From positions 18,530-82,529 of the forward strand of contig DCTC01000001.1 of the NCBI GenBank assembly GCA_002329205.1: a DNA stretch of 64,000 nucleotides. The letters run 5' to 3'. Origin of the DNA: Candidatus Roizmanbacteria bacterium UBA1450 (GTDB lineage Bacteria > Patescibacteriota > Microgenomatia > UBA1406 > GWC2-37-13). Both the position numbers and the translations under genes were made by a program. Below the pieces are notes generated by a model that had not been told where the DNA came from, did not search any database, and saw only the letters and a list, made by a program, of their open reading frames with translations. Below, one piece after another: positions 10,077-18,178 of the stretch. The first letter of the stretch is position 1, and every line of letters starts with the position of its first letter.

Positions 10077-10634
10077 ATGCTGAGCGAAGCGCTATATATT
10101 TTTTCCGTCCTGGCCTTGTTGATCTTTCTGGTATGGGCAAGTGTCTACATCATATCACTCATAGTTTCCTGGTTCCGAGGTGCTCCCTATGTCCCGACAG
10201 CCGATCGTGAAGTCTCTCGAATTCTGAATCATTTACATCCTGACAAAAATGATTACTTTCTGGAGCTCGGTTGTGGAGACGGTCGTGTATTGAGAAAAGC
10301 TGCACAAATATATGGGGTGCGTGGCAAAGGTGTAGATATCAATCCTATTGTCTTATCCAAAGCAAAAATCCTGTGTTCTTTCCAGAAGCTACAAGGCATT
10401 CATTTCTCAGCGGAAGATGTAAAAGAGACTGATTTTTCAGATGCTGATATTATTTATATATTTTTATTTCCGAAACTTGTACAAGAGCTACGGGATAAAT
10501 TATTGAATAAAACGAAAAAGAACGTGACAATTGTCTCACATGGCTTTAAAATTCCTTATCTGAATACATATCAGTCCGAAGTCTTGGCAGGTCCCAAATT
10601 CAAGACATATATTTATCGCAAACCCCACAATTAG
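10077..10634 (+). CDS. Membrane-anchored class I SAM-dependent methyltransferase
   Basis: N-terminal TM helix, GAPYVPT, LELGCGDGR, GVDINP, IVSHGF; the ORF-track start at 9984 lies inside tRNA-Arg. Confidence 0.88.
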   Translation: MLSEALYIFSVLALLIFLVWASVYIISLIVSWFRGAPYVPTADREVSRILNHLHPDKNDYFLELGCGDGRVLRKAAQIYGVRGKGVDINPIVLSKAKILCSFQKLQGIHFSAEDVKETDFSDADIIYIFLFPKLVQELRDKLLNKTKKNVTIVSHGFKIPYLNTYQSEVLAGPKFKTYIYRKPHN

Positions 10635-10673
10635 TGTTTGACAAACCTATTTATATCAATATATAGTGATTTT

Positions 10674-11249
10674 ATGGCAAAAAAATTAAGCGTTCTTTTA
10701 TCAATATTTCTGTTTACTGCGGGCTTGAATATATCTATTGCCGGGTACGTACATGCAACTTCGATAAAAAATACCCAAATCACGATCATCCTGCAGGAGT
10801 TTGCCAGCTTGTCAGGAGATGAATTCTCCAATGAAGATATCGAATACTATATTGATGACAACGTGAAAGACAGAAGAGTAGCAGTACTCAAAGCTTTTTT
10901 CCGCAAATATGACTCACCGCTCTATGATCATGCAGATTTTATTGTAAAAGTATCTGATGAGTACGGGCTCGACTACCGGCTTATCCCGGCCATTTCTATG
11001 CAGGAATCAACCGCGTGTAAATTTATTCCGCATAATTCATACAATTGCTGGGGATGGGGGATATACGGAGATAAAATTACCCGATTCGGTTCCTATCCCG
11101 AAGCTATTGAAACAATCGCAAAAGGGCTGAAGAAAAACTACATTGATAAGGGTTTGACCACTCCTGAACAGATTATGGCGAAATATACACCGAGCTCAAA
11201 CGGTAGCTGGGCGCGGGGGGTAGGTCATGTATTGGGAGTTTTGGAATAA
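10674..11249 (+). CDS. Secreted lysozyme-like/glucosaminidase-like (GH73-like) protein
   Basis: Signal peptide; YGLDYRLIPAISMQES, NCWGWG, F.SY.E.I, KYTP motifs. Confidence 0.7.
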   Translation: MAKKLSVLLSIFLFTAGLNISIAGYVHATSIKNTQITIILQEFASLSGDEFSNEDIEYYIDDNVKDRRVAVLKAFFRKYDSPLYDHADFIVKVSDEYGLDYRLIPAISMQESTACKFIPHNSYNCWGWGIYGDKITRFGSYPEAIETIAKGLKKNYIDKGLTTPEQIMAKYTPSSNGSWARGVGHVLGVLE

Positions 11250-11885
11250 TTACTGCACGCTTCGTGCATTGGAGAGTTCTTGAGACATGGAGTATTGCGT
11301 CCCTTTCTTTTTTGTATTTGCTGCAAAGGCAGATCCTCGTTTTGCCTTTTTGGACTTGAGCGCTTCCATCCAGGTACCCGATTCACTTATTTTGAGTTTC
11401 AGTGTTTGAAGAACCTTTAGAACGACTTCCAGGAACCTTACGTGATAAATACCTGGTTTTTCCGGCAGAGTATCAATCGTCAATTTTTCAATATCCTTAA
11501 CTTCGCTCATCAGAGCACTGTCTGCTTTCTTGATACTCTCAACTTCCTGTTTGATAGCTTTAATGAGCTCCTTAATTTCTGAAATTTGCCGTTCTTCTTC
11601 TATCTGACGGAAACTGAAGAGAGTTCCCCGTTCGGGATTGAAAGTGCCTTGCTGTTCCTGTTGTTTTTCCTGCTTATCAGGTCCATATTCCAGATGTTCC
11701 TGCTGCAAAAGCTGCTCGAAAATTCCTTTTCCGATATCGCCGAATGCTTCACCGACTTTATTAACTGTGTCTTTGGACAAAGAAGAGATACTTCCTCCAA
11801 CTGAAGAGTCTTTTTCACGTTCTAGGCTTTCACTTTTGACCTGTTGTGCAGATCTATTTGTGTTTTTTGAGCTGCTAAATGCCAT
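11250..11885 (-). CDS. Hypothetical coiled-coil protein (resembles CPR DUF5660-type proteins, recalled rather than searched)
   Basis: 211-aa ORF; PEKPGIYHVRFLE and KKGTQYSMSQE segments. Confidence 0.6.
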   Translation of the reverse strand: MAFSSSKNTNRSAQQVKSESLEREKDSSVGGSISSLSKDTVNKVGEAFGDIGKGIFEQLLQQEHLEYGPDKQEKQQEQQGTFNPERGTLFSFRQIEEERQISEIKELIKAIKQEVESIKKADSALMSEVKDIEKLTIDTLPEKPGIYHVRFLEVVLKVLQTLKLKISESGTWMEALKSKKAKRGSAFAANTKKKGTQYSMSQELSNARSVQ

Positions 11886-11897
11886 GCTCTTATTATA

Positions 11898-12767
11898 CTA
11901 CAGGCTATTTATGTAATCAAGGGTCTTCTGTTTGCGCATCAGCGAGGCGTAATAGTACATATTCTGTGCTACTGCCTGCTTTTCTTTTTCATCTTTGATG
12001 CCTGAAAAGACCTTTTCTAATTCTGCCTGCTCTACATTTATACCTTCTTCATCCGCAATTTTCTGTAAGAGAAATTCCATTTTGTAGGTTTCTTCAATTT
12101 CTTTTTTGATTTGTTCCAACATCTGATCCTTCGTCAAATCCTTGGATTTAAGGTAAGATTCCATTGTCAGACCAACCCGCTGTACATCATCCACCAATTT
12201 CGCAAGTCGCTGATTTGCTTCTTCTTCGATTACTAAATCTGAAATTTCGACTTTTGCTTCGGCAAGAAGCGCATCAAGCGCAGCCTGGAATTCAGCGCGC
12301 TGTTGCTTTTCTTTTTCTTCTTCTGTCGGCTCCTGATCTTTACCCGGTACCCAAATATCTGATTTTTTTACCTGTTCCTTTGCTTTTTTTACTTTTTCTT
12401 TATAGTTTCCAAGCTTGATTTCCGGCACGAGAGCCGTTGTCATTTTGATCTGCCATTCTTCGTTCTCTTTTGCTTGCACCAACTCAACTTTTGGTGAAAT
12501 AATCGGTTTAATATCTTCTTTTTTCACAATTTCGGAATAAACTCGGGGAATATATGCTCGAAGAAGATGCTCGTACACAATATCTTTTTGGATTTTTGTT
12601 TCTGCAATATGCTTCGGAGCTTTTCCTTTACGGAATCCTTCGACTTTCAAATCTTTTCGTATAGTTTCAAATGAAGCGTCATATTCCTTCTGAATGTCTT
12701 CCCAGGGAACGGTGACCAACAACTCGATAGTATTTTTAGGAAGATTTTTGCGCGCAAAAGTATACAT
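11898..12767 (-). CDS. tig: Trigger factor, lacking the PPIase domain
   Basis: Ribosome-binding GFRKGKAP signature; N domain followed almost directly by C-domain motifs (LLQKIADEEGINVE). Confidence 0.9.
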   Translation of the reverse strand: MYTFARKNLPKNTIELLVTVPWEDIQKEYDASFETIRKDLKVEGFRKGKAPKHIAETKIQKDIVYEHLLRAYIPRVYSEIVKKEDIKPIISPKVELVQAKENEEWQIKMTTALVPEIKLGNYKEKVKKAKEQVKKSDIWVPGKDQEPTEEEKEKQQRAEFQAALDALLAEAKVEISDLVIEEEANQRLAKLVDDVQRVGLTMESYLKSKDLTKDQMLEQIKKEIEETYKMEFLLQKIADEEGINVEQAELEKVFSGIKDEKEKQAVAQNMYYYASLMRKQKTLDYINSL

Positions 12768-12895
12768 AATATAAAAAATAATAAATTCAACTGGGGATAT
12801 TATAAAGCGCAAAACGTGAAACGTAAAGCGTAAAACCCAGAAAAAGTAAGAATTTTTTATAACAGAAACGAAAAAGGAAGTTCCATGGGGAAGCT

Positions 12896-13459
12896 TTACA
12901 GTTCCATTGCAAGTTTGGCGTAGTAGAGCTTCTTTTCAGCCTCAACACGTTCAAACTCGTTATGGAAATATCGAACACGAACTGCCCAAGTAGGACTTGC
13001 TGCATAAATTGGACCTATTTCTTCGATTGTTTCTGCACCTCGTTCGATATAGTTGTTTCTCAACCCCTTCGCAACCGCATGGAAAGCATCACTCCATGAG
13101 TCAAACATTATACGTCCGCCTCCCCAACCAAAAGGATTGTGTGAATCAGGCAGGAGATGTTTTCCAAACGATGATTCGAGTCCAGCAATAGAAGGGAGTA
13201 GATAACAGTCAATTCCATAGGTCGTACAAGCATCAATAAATGCATCTGCCTCATCAGCAAGCGGAGAGTTGCGTTTAGACAATACCTCGCGGATGACTGC
13301 ACGCTGAATGTTTCGTTCGACGTAGGTATCGATACGAGCTTCAGTTGTTGCAACAGGCGTGAGAGTTGCAGATTTACCTGCTATATTCTCTGCCTGTACG
13401 TTTTCTGGTAAGATCAGTAGTACTATAAGTAATAGTAATACTGCAATATTTTTTACCAT
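12896..13459 (-). CDS. Secreted lysozyme-like/glucosaminidase-like protein (paralogue of 10674-11249)
   Basis: Signal peptide; SPL, YGIDCYLLPSIAGLESSFG, NPFGWG, FDSW, IGPIYA. Confidence 0.7.
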   Translation of the reverse strand: MVKNIAVLLLLIVLLILPENVQAENIAGKSATLTPVATTEARIDTYVERNIQRAVIREVLSKRNSPLADEADAFIDACTTYGIDCYLLPSIAGLESSFGKHLLPDSHNPFGWGGGRIMFDSWSDAFHAVAKGLRNNYIERGAETIEEIGPIYAASPTWAVRVRYFHNEFERVEAEKKLYYAKLAMEL

Positions 13460-13540
13460 AAAAAAATGCTAAAGTTTTTCGTTAGGGAGAAAAACCTTAG
13501 CATCTACGAATAATTATATCAAATATTATAGGATTGTCAA
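13460..13540 (-). promoter_or_regulatory. Sigma70 promoter and hairpin+U7 5' leader of the 12896-13459 gene
   Basis: TTGACA (13540-13535), 16 nt, TATAAT (13518-13513), then ATGCTAAGGTTTTTC...GAAAAACTTTAGCAT and a T7 run directly before the ATG. Confidence 0.65.
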
Positions 13541-13678
13541 GTAGTATTTTATTTTGACTTATATTAAGTACTTCTTAGATATGTATATAATGATTTATAC
13601 TGTCATGGCAATGTATATGACAAAATTGAGTTGAAGTTTAAAACCTACAAAATGTTGATTTATGTTACAATACCTAAC

Positions 13679-14980
13679 ATGAAAACATTTAATTCGTTCA
13701 GTTTCGGATGTAGGGTGAATCAGGCTGAAATGGAGGCTCTTGACCGCGAATTGCTAGCCAAAGGTTATGAAAAAAAACCTGATCAACCTGATATTTATAT
13801 TCTGAATACCTGCTCTGTGACACACAAAGCAGAGCGTGAGGCAAGAAAGCATATCTACAACCTCAAGCGACAGTTTCCCGACACAAAAGTTGTGGTGACG
13901 GGATGTGCTGCCACGAACTGGTCAAAAACCAATACAAAAGTAAACGGAGTAGATTATTTGATAGATAATAAGAGTAAAGAGCTCATCGCAGAACTATTGG
14001 AGAAGAAATACTATCTCACCATGAGCCCTCCAGACGTAAAAACGGTACAAACATTTGATGAACCGTCCGAAAATTCGGCTACCGATAAATTTATGAGATC
14101 CAAACGCATTATCATCAAAATTCAGGATGGATGTCACCGATTCTGTAGTTTTTGCATCGTCCCGTACCTCAGAGGATTGCCTCAATCAACGAAAATTGAC
14201 GATATTGTAAAACAGATACAATCATACCCTGAGTATGTTGAGGCAATTCTTACCGCAATCAATACCGAAGCGTACGGCCGGGACACCGGAGAAACTTTTG
14301 TTGATTTGATTGATGCTATATTGACAAAGACGGATATACCGCGTATTAGTTTCGGTTCGATTCATCCCTGGACTTTTCAGGATGATTTTTTCAATCTATA
14401 TAGAAAATACGCTGAATCCAATCGTTTTGTCGATTTTTTTCATATTCCGCTTCAGGCAGGCTCGGATAATATGCTGAAATTGATGAAGCGTGGATATACA
14501 CGTGCAGAATTCGTAGAAAAACTCCATATGATCAAAGATATCAATGAATTCGCTTTTATAGGCACTGATGTCATTGTAGGTTTTCTCGAAGAAACTGATC
14601 AGGACTTTGAGGATACGTATTCGTTTCTTGAAGAAACTCCTATATCGCGTTTCCATGTGTTCCGTTTCTCCAAACGTGAGCATACGGCTGCCTTTTATCT
14701 CAGTAAACGTCTGAATCAACCCTCCCCATCAGTGAAAAAAGCACGATCACAACGACTGAGGGTGCTCTCCGAAAAAAAATATGCTGCTTTTCAGTCAAAA
14801 CATGTAGGAGAGACTTTTGAAACTCTGGTTCTTGAAAGAAGAGTAGAGGATTACCAGCAGGGTTTGCTTTCAAATCAAATGCTCGTAAATGTAAAAACAG
14901 AAAAAGACTTCACAGGTGAACTCAAGAATGTTAGAATATATGACTACCAGAATGGAGAACTATTTGGTAAAATAGTCTAG
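13679..14980 (+). CDS. mtaB: MiaB/MtaB-family radical SAM tRNA methylthiotransferase
   Basis: FGCRVNQAE, NTCSVT, VTGC, KIQDGCHRFCSFCIVP (CxxxCxxC), TDVIVGF, TRAM-like C-terminus. Confidence 0.85.
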   Translation: MKTFNSFSFGCRVNQAEMEALDRELLAKGYEKKPDQPDIYILNTCSVTHKAEREARKHIYNLKRQFPDTKVVVTGCAATNWSKTNTKVNGVDYLIDNKSKELIAELLEKKYYLTMSPPDVKTVQTFDEPSENSATDKFMRSKRIIIKIQDGCHRFCSFCIVPYLRGLPQSTKIDDIVKQIQSYPEYVEAILTAINTEAYGRDTGETFVDLIDAILTKTDIPRISFGSIHPWTFQDDFFNLYRKYAESNRFVDFFHIPLQAGSDNMLKLMKRGYTRAEFVEKLHMIKDINEFAFIGTDVIVGFLEETDQDFEDTYSFLEETPISRFHVFRFSKREHTAAFYLSKRLNQPSPSVKKARSQRLRVLSEKKYAAFQSKHVGETFETLVLERRVEDYQQGLLSNQMLVNVKTEKDFTGELKNVRIYDYQNGELFGKIV

Positions 14981-14987
14981 TCATAAA

Positions 14988-15062
14988 GGAGCCGTAGCTC
15001 AATTTGGTTAGAGCGCTTCCCTGTCACGGAAGAGGTTGCGGGTTCAAGTCCCGTCGGTTCCG
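14988..15062 (+). tRNA. tRNA-Asp(GTC)
   Basis: GGAGCCGTAGCTCAATTTGGTTAGAGCG-CTTCC-CTGTCAC-GGAAG-AGGTTGCGGGTTCAAGTCCCGTCGGTTCCG. Confidence 0.96.
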
Positions 15063-15109
15063 CACTTTTTGCCTTAACCGAAGGGTGAAGAGAGACTGGA
15101 GAGGTAGAT

Positions 15110-15132
15110 GACTCGTGAGGGTCTTTTTTTTT
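15110..15132 (+). terminator. Terminator after tRNA-Asp
   Basis: GACTC-GTGA-GGGTC followed by a long T run. Confidence 0.6.
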
Positions 15133-15163
15133 GGGTAATAAGACAATTTGGTATAATAAATTT

Positions 15164-15219
15164 ATCGGACATTTTAGTCCAGCAGCGCTGTACCCACAGC
15201 ACGGCTGGGCTTTTTTTTT
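15164..15219 (+). ncRNA. Candidate small RNA or terminated leader
   Basis: Extended -10 TGGTATAAT at 15149-15157; AGTCCAGC...GCTGGGCT stem with inner GCTGT/ACAGC stem, then a long T run. Confidence 0.4.
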
Positions 15220-15693
15220 GGAAAAAAATGCAGTTATAAAATTATTTTCACTTATATATAAAGCTCTTGTCTTGAAATAGAAACGAGTACTAGTATGGAC
15301 TTGATAACCTCCCCATTGATTGTTTTATCATGGGGGCATTACAAAGTGAATATAACGTTACTACAATATAAATGCAGGTTTAAAAGATTTTGATTCGAAA
15401 AATACGTATGAAATCGCCTATTAACTGGATCATATATACAAATTCTGTAAAAGAAATACAATTACTTCGCAATCTGTCATTTACCGAATCACTTCTAATT
15501 GGCATTAAAAAATTATTAATAATCGGTCCAAGTTTACTACTCATTACATTCCTTATATGGTTGGTCTCTGTGAAATGACATCAAGAATAATATAATATTA
15601 TTACACTTTTTTAGTTATCACCAAACTTGATCCTCATCTATCTTGAAAATATTAAGTCATCTTATAATACGAAAATTACAATTCAATAATTCA

Positions 15694-15722
15694 TTGACTA
15701 ATAGCCTATAAAATATTATAAT
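15694..15722 (+). promoter_or_regulatory. Sigma70 promoter for the 15863 gene
   Basis: TTGACT-17 nt-TATAAT. Confidence 0.7.
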
Positions 15723-15862
15723 ACAATTCGTACTTTTACATACTCATAGAGAAAAACATAGATATAAACGATAACTTTACTCTTCGAATGCTGAAGAAAT
15801 GAAGAGATTGTTTGTGTCTATTTCAATTCTCTATGATGCTACAATCACAATAGGAGCCCGAA

Positions 15863-16393
15863 ATGGCAACAATTCTACCTCCCTCAACGGTTATGGACTG
15901 CCTGTACGCGATGCGTGAGAATCGCAATGTCAACGGTTTTGAAGAGGACACCAAAGGTATACTGCATCCCGTTTTGAGCAACATACCTGACGATACCGGT
16001 TTCCGGGAGTACCGTCTCGCGAAGAAATATATCGCAAGGAACGTATCAGTCTACGACCTGCATGTCTACCGTGATCAGATTGCTGAGCTCTCGGATTATC
16101 TCATCATCGATCCGCAGACCGGTGAGGAATTTGTTCGTTCGAAAGACAAATTCGAGCAGCAATTCGAGCTGGTATGTCGGAACGGGACTGATCATTCAGG
16201 AAACCAATGGGCGACCTATCGCTCATCCAAACGATTCTGGGCAATTCAGGCCGGACAAGATCTCACAGTAGTCGCTCCGTTCATTTTCACGAAGTACACA
16301 ATTCGGAAAGGAGAATACCTTATCGTGGATGAAGCAGGAAGCGTCGGCTGCCTGAACGCCGAAGCATTTCGCGCCACATACGAGCCAATGTAG
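15863..16393 (+). CDS. PGDYG-family-like protein (two tandem units)
   Basis: SDYLIIDPQTGEEFVRSKDKFEQQFE and KGEYLIVDEAGSVGCLNAEAFRATYE repeats; SD TAGGAG. Confidence 0.65.
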   Translation: MATILPPSTVMDCLYAMRENRNVNGFEEDTKGILHPVLSNIPDDTGFREYRLAKKYIARNVSVYDLHVYRDQIAELSDYLIIDPQTGEEFVRSKDKFEQQFELVCRNGTDHSGNQWATYRSSKRFWAIQAGQDLTVVAPFIFTKYTIRKGEYLIVDEAGSVGCLNAEAFRATYEPM

Positions 16394-16402
16394 CTTATAG
16401 AT

Positions 16403-16432
16403 GGTCCGGGGGGACGTATGTTCCCCCGGACC
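16403..16432. terminator. GC-rich hairpin between convergent genes
   Basis: GGTCCGGGGGGAC-GTAT-GTTCCCCCGGACC. Confidence 0.75.
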
Positions 16433-16443
16433 TGTATTCACAT

Positions 16444-16863
16444 TTACTTCATCAAATTCAAACCCGTCACATTGTCATGTTCACGGTCAACTGTTCCGTC
16501 AAATGTATCCAGTTTTACTTCACAAGTAGCAGAAATCTCCATTTTCTTGACATGGCCTGCTACTGTTTTTAAATCTTTGTCGCCGAAAACACCATGCGTA
16601 TGAGCAAATACCTTCCCTTTCACAAGACTGATATTCCCGGTGAGTGAGGTAATCTCGAGTTTTTCTTCAATTTCCTTCGTATCATACGTTTTTGTTTCCA
16701 GGTCATACCAGGCGAGTGAAATTTTTCCGCATGCACCCAATCCATGAAAAAATCCTGCCGTAATATTATTTTCCGTACAAAACGCTTCCATTGAGCTTAT
16801 GAATTCTTCCCCGCGATCAAACCGAAGTAGATAAGAGTTGTGATACTGTTTAATTATTTTCAT
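16444..16863 (-). CDS. PPC domain (DUF296) protein
   Basis: LRFDRGEE, GLGA, EITSLTGNIS, HTHGVFG, AGH, SATCEV. Confidence 0.9.
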   Translation of the reverse strand: MKIIKQYHNSYLLRFDRGEEFISSMEAFCTENNITAGFFHGLGACGKISLAWYDLETKTYDTKEIEEKLEITSLTGNISLVKGKVFAHTHGVFGDKDLKTVAGHVKKMEISATCEVKLDTFDGTVDREHDNVTGLNLMK

Positions 16864-16987
16864 TCCTACATTCTATCATCTGAGATAAAGTAACCTAACA
16901 ATTCTTACTCCGTACATACATCGATATTATTTTGAATTTACTTTCGTAACCGATTATGTATTTACATTATCCAGTATGTTGATTTAA

Positions 16988-18079
16988 ATGAAGCATAACG
17001 TTTTACAAAATATTCAAAAAATTGCCGTACTTCGGGCGATAGCACTCGGAGATTTTATAATTGCACTTCCGGCACTTAGTGCACTCCGAAAAGCATATTC
17101 CCATACTCAAATTTATCTCCTATGCCGTCCGTGGGTACAGGAACTTGGGAAGGGCAGAAACCTTCCATTTGATCATGTTGTCCCTGTTCCGGTAAGCCGA
17201 GGAGTATATGATGAACCGGGACTCAAAGAAAACGAACAGGAATTACAACAATTTTTCAAAAAACAGCAACAACAAAAATATGACATAGCGATCCAGCTTC
17301 ATGGCGGGGGACAGAACTCAAATGTATTTGTGAATAAATTGAATGCCAAGGTTAGCGTGGGAATGCGTACGCCTGATGCTCCACTTTTGAAAAAATGGAT
17401 TCCTTATAGCTTATATCAACATGAAATATTTCGTTATCTGGAAGTAGTATCACTTATTGGTGCCGAGCCGGTTACTGTTGTTCCCGAGATTCCCGTGATT
17501 GAGCAAGATATAAAGGCAGCAGCTCAAATCCTCTCCAAAACAGAAAATGACCTTATCATCTTACATCCTGGAGCAAGTGACTCGAGACGAACATGGCCCC
17601 CGGAAAAATTTGCAGAACTTGGTGACCGCCTGGCGATGCAGGGATATACCATAGTACTTACCGGAACACATCCGGAGCAATCAATAGTCGATCAAGTAGA
17701 AAATAGTATGAAACACAAACCGATAAATATCTGCGGTAAAACAAATTTCAATAGTTTGATCGGTCTCATGCATCAGGCAAAGGTTGTCATATCCAATGAC
17801 ACAGGACCGCTTCATCTGGCCCGTGCAATCGGGACTCCAACTGTAGGAGTTTATTGGTTTCCCAATATGATTCATTGGTCACCTATTACCCGTAAACAGA
17901 ATGAAACAGCAATTTCCTGGCTCCAGAGATGTGAAATTTGTCATGAGCCTCTTTTTGACATTCACTCCCAAATACCACTCAATGAAATAGAAGTCTGCGG
18001 TCATATGAAATCATATGTAGATATGATTCCTGTTGATGATGTATATCAGAAAACAGAATCAATTTTATCTGCGCACTGA
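16988..18079 (+). CDS. Glycosyltransferase family 9 (heptosyltransferase-like)
   Basis: ALGDFIIALPA, LHPGAS..RTWPPEKFAEL, ISNDTGPLHLARAIGTPTV. Confidence 0.92.
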   Translation: MKHNVLQNIQKIAVLRAIALGDFIIALPALSALRKAYSHTQIYLLCRPWVQELGKGRNLPFDHVVPVPVSRGVYDEPGLKENEQELQQFFKKQQQQKYDIAIQLHGGGQNSNVFVNKLNAKVSVGMRTPDAPLLKKWIPYSLYQHEIFRYLEVVSLIGAEPVTVVPEIPVIEQDIKAAAQILSKTENDLIILHPGASDSRRTWPPEKFAELGDRLAMQGYTIVLTGTHPEQSIVDQVENSMKHKPINICGKTNFNSLIGLMHQAKVVISNDTGPLHLARAIGTPTVGVYWFPNMIHWSPITRKQNETAISWLQRCEICHEPLFDIHSQIPLNEIEVCGHMKSYVDMIPVDDVYQKTESILSAH

Positions 18080-18178
18080 TAACAGAAATAATTTACTTTC
18101 TTATTTTTGCTACTTACACATTTTTAACCGCTATCTTTCATAAGTTTTATTATAGGAAGTTAGTATTAGCCCCATAAC

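Noticed and set aside
15390..15578. 62-aa ORF in the AT-rich gap
   Set aside because: No recognisable motif or RBS and too weak to call; could be a decayed membrane-protein fragment
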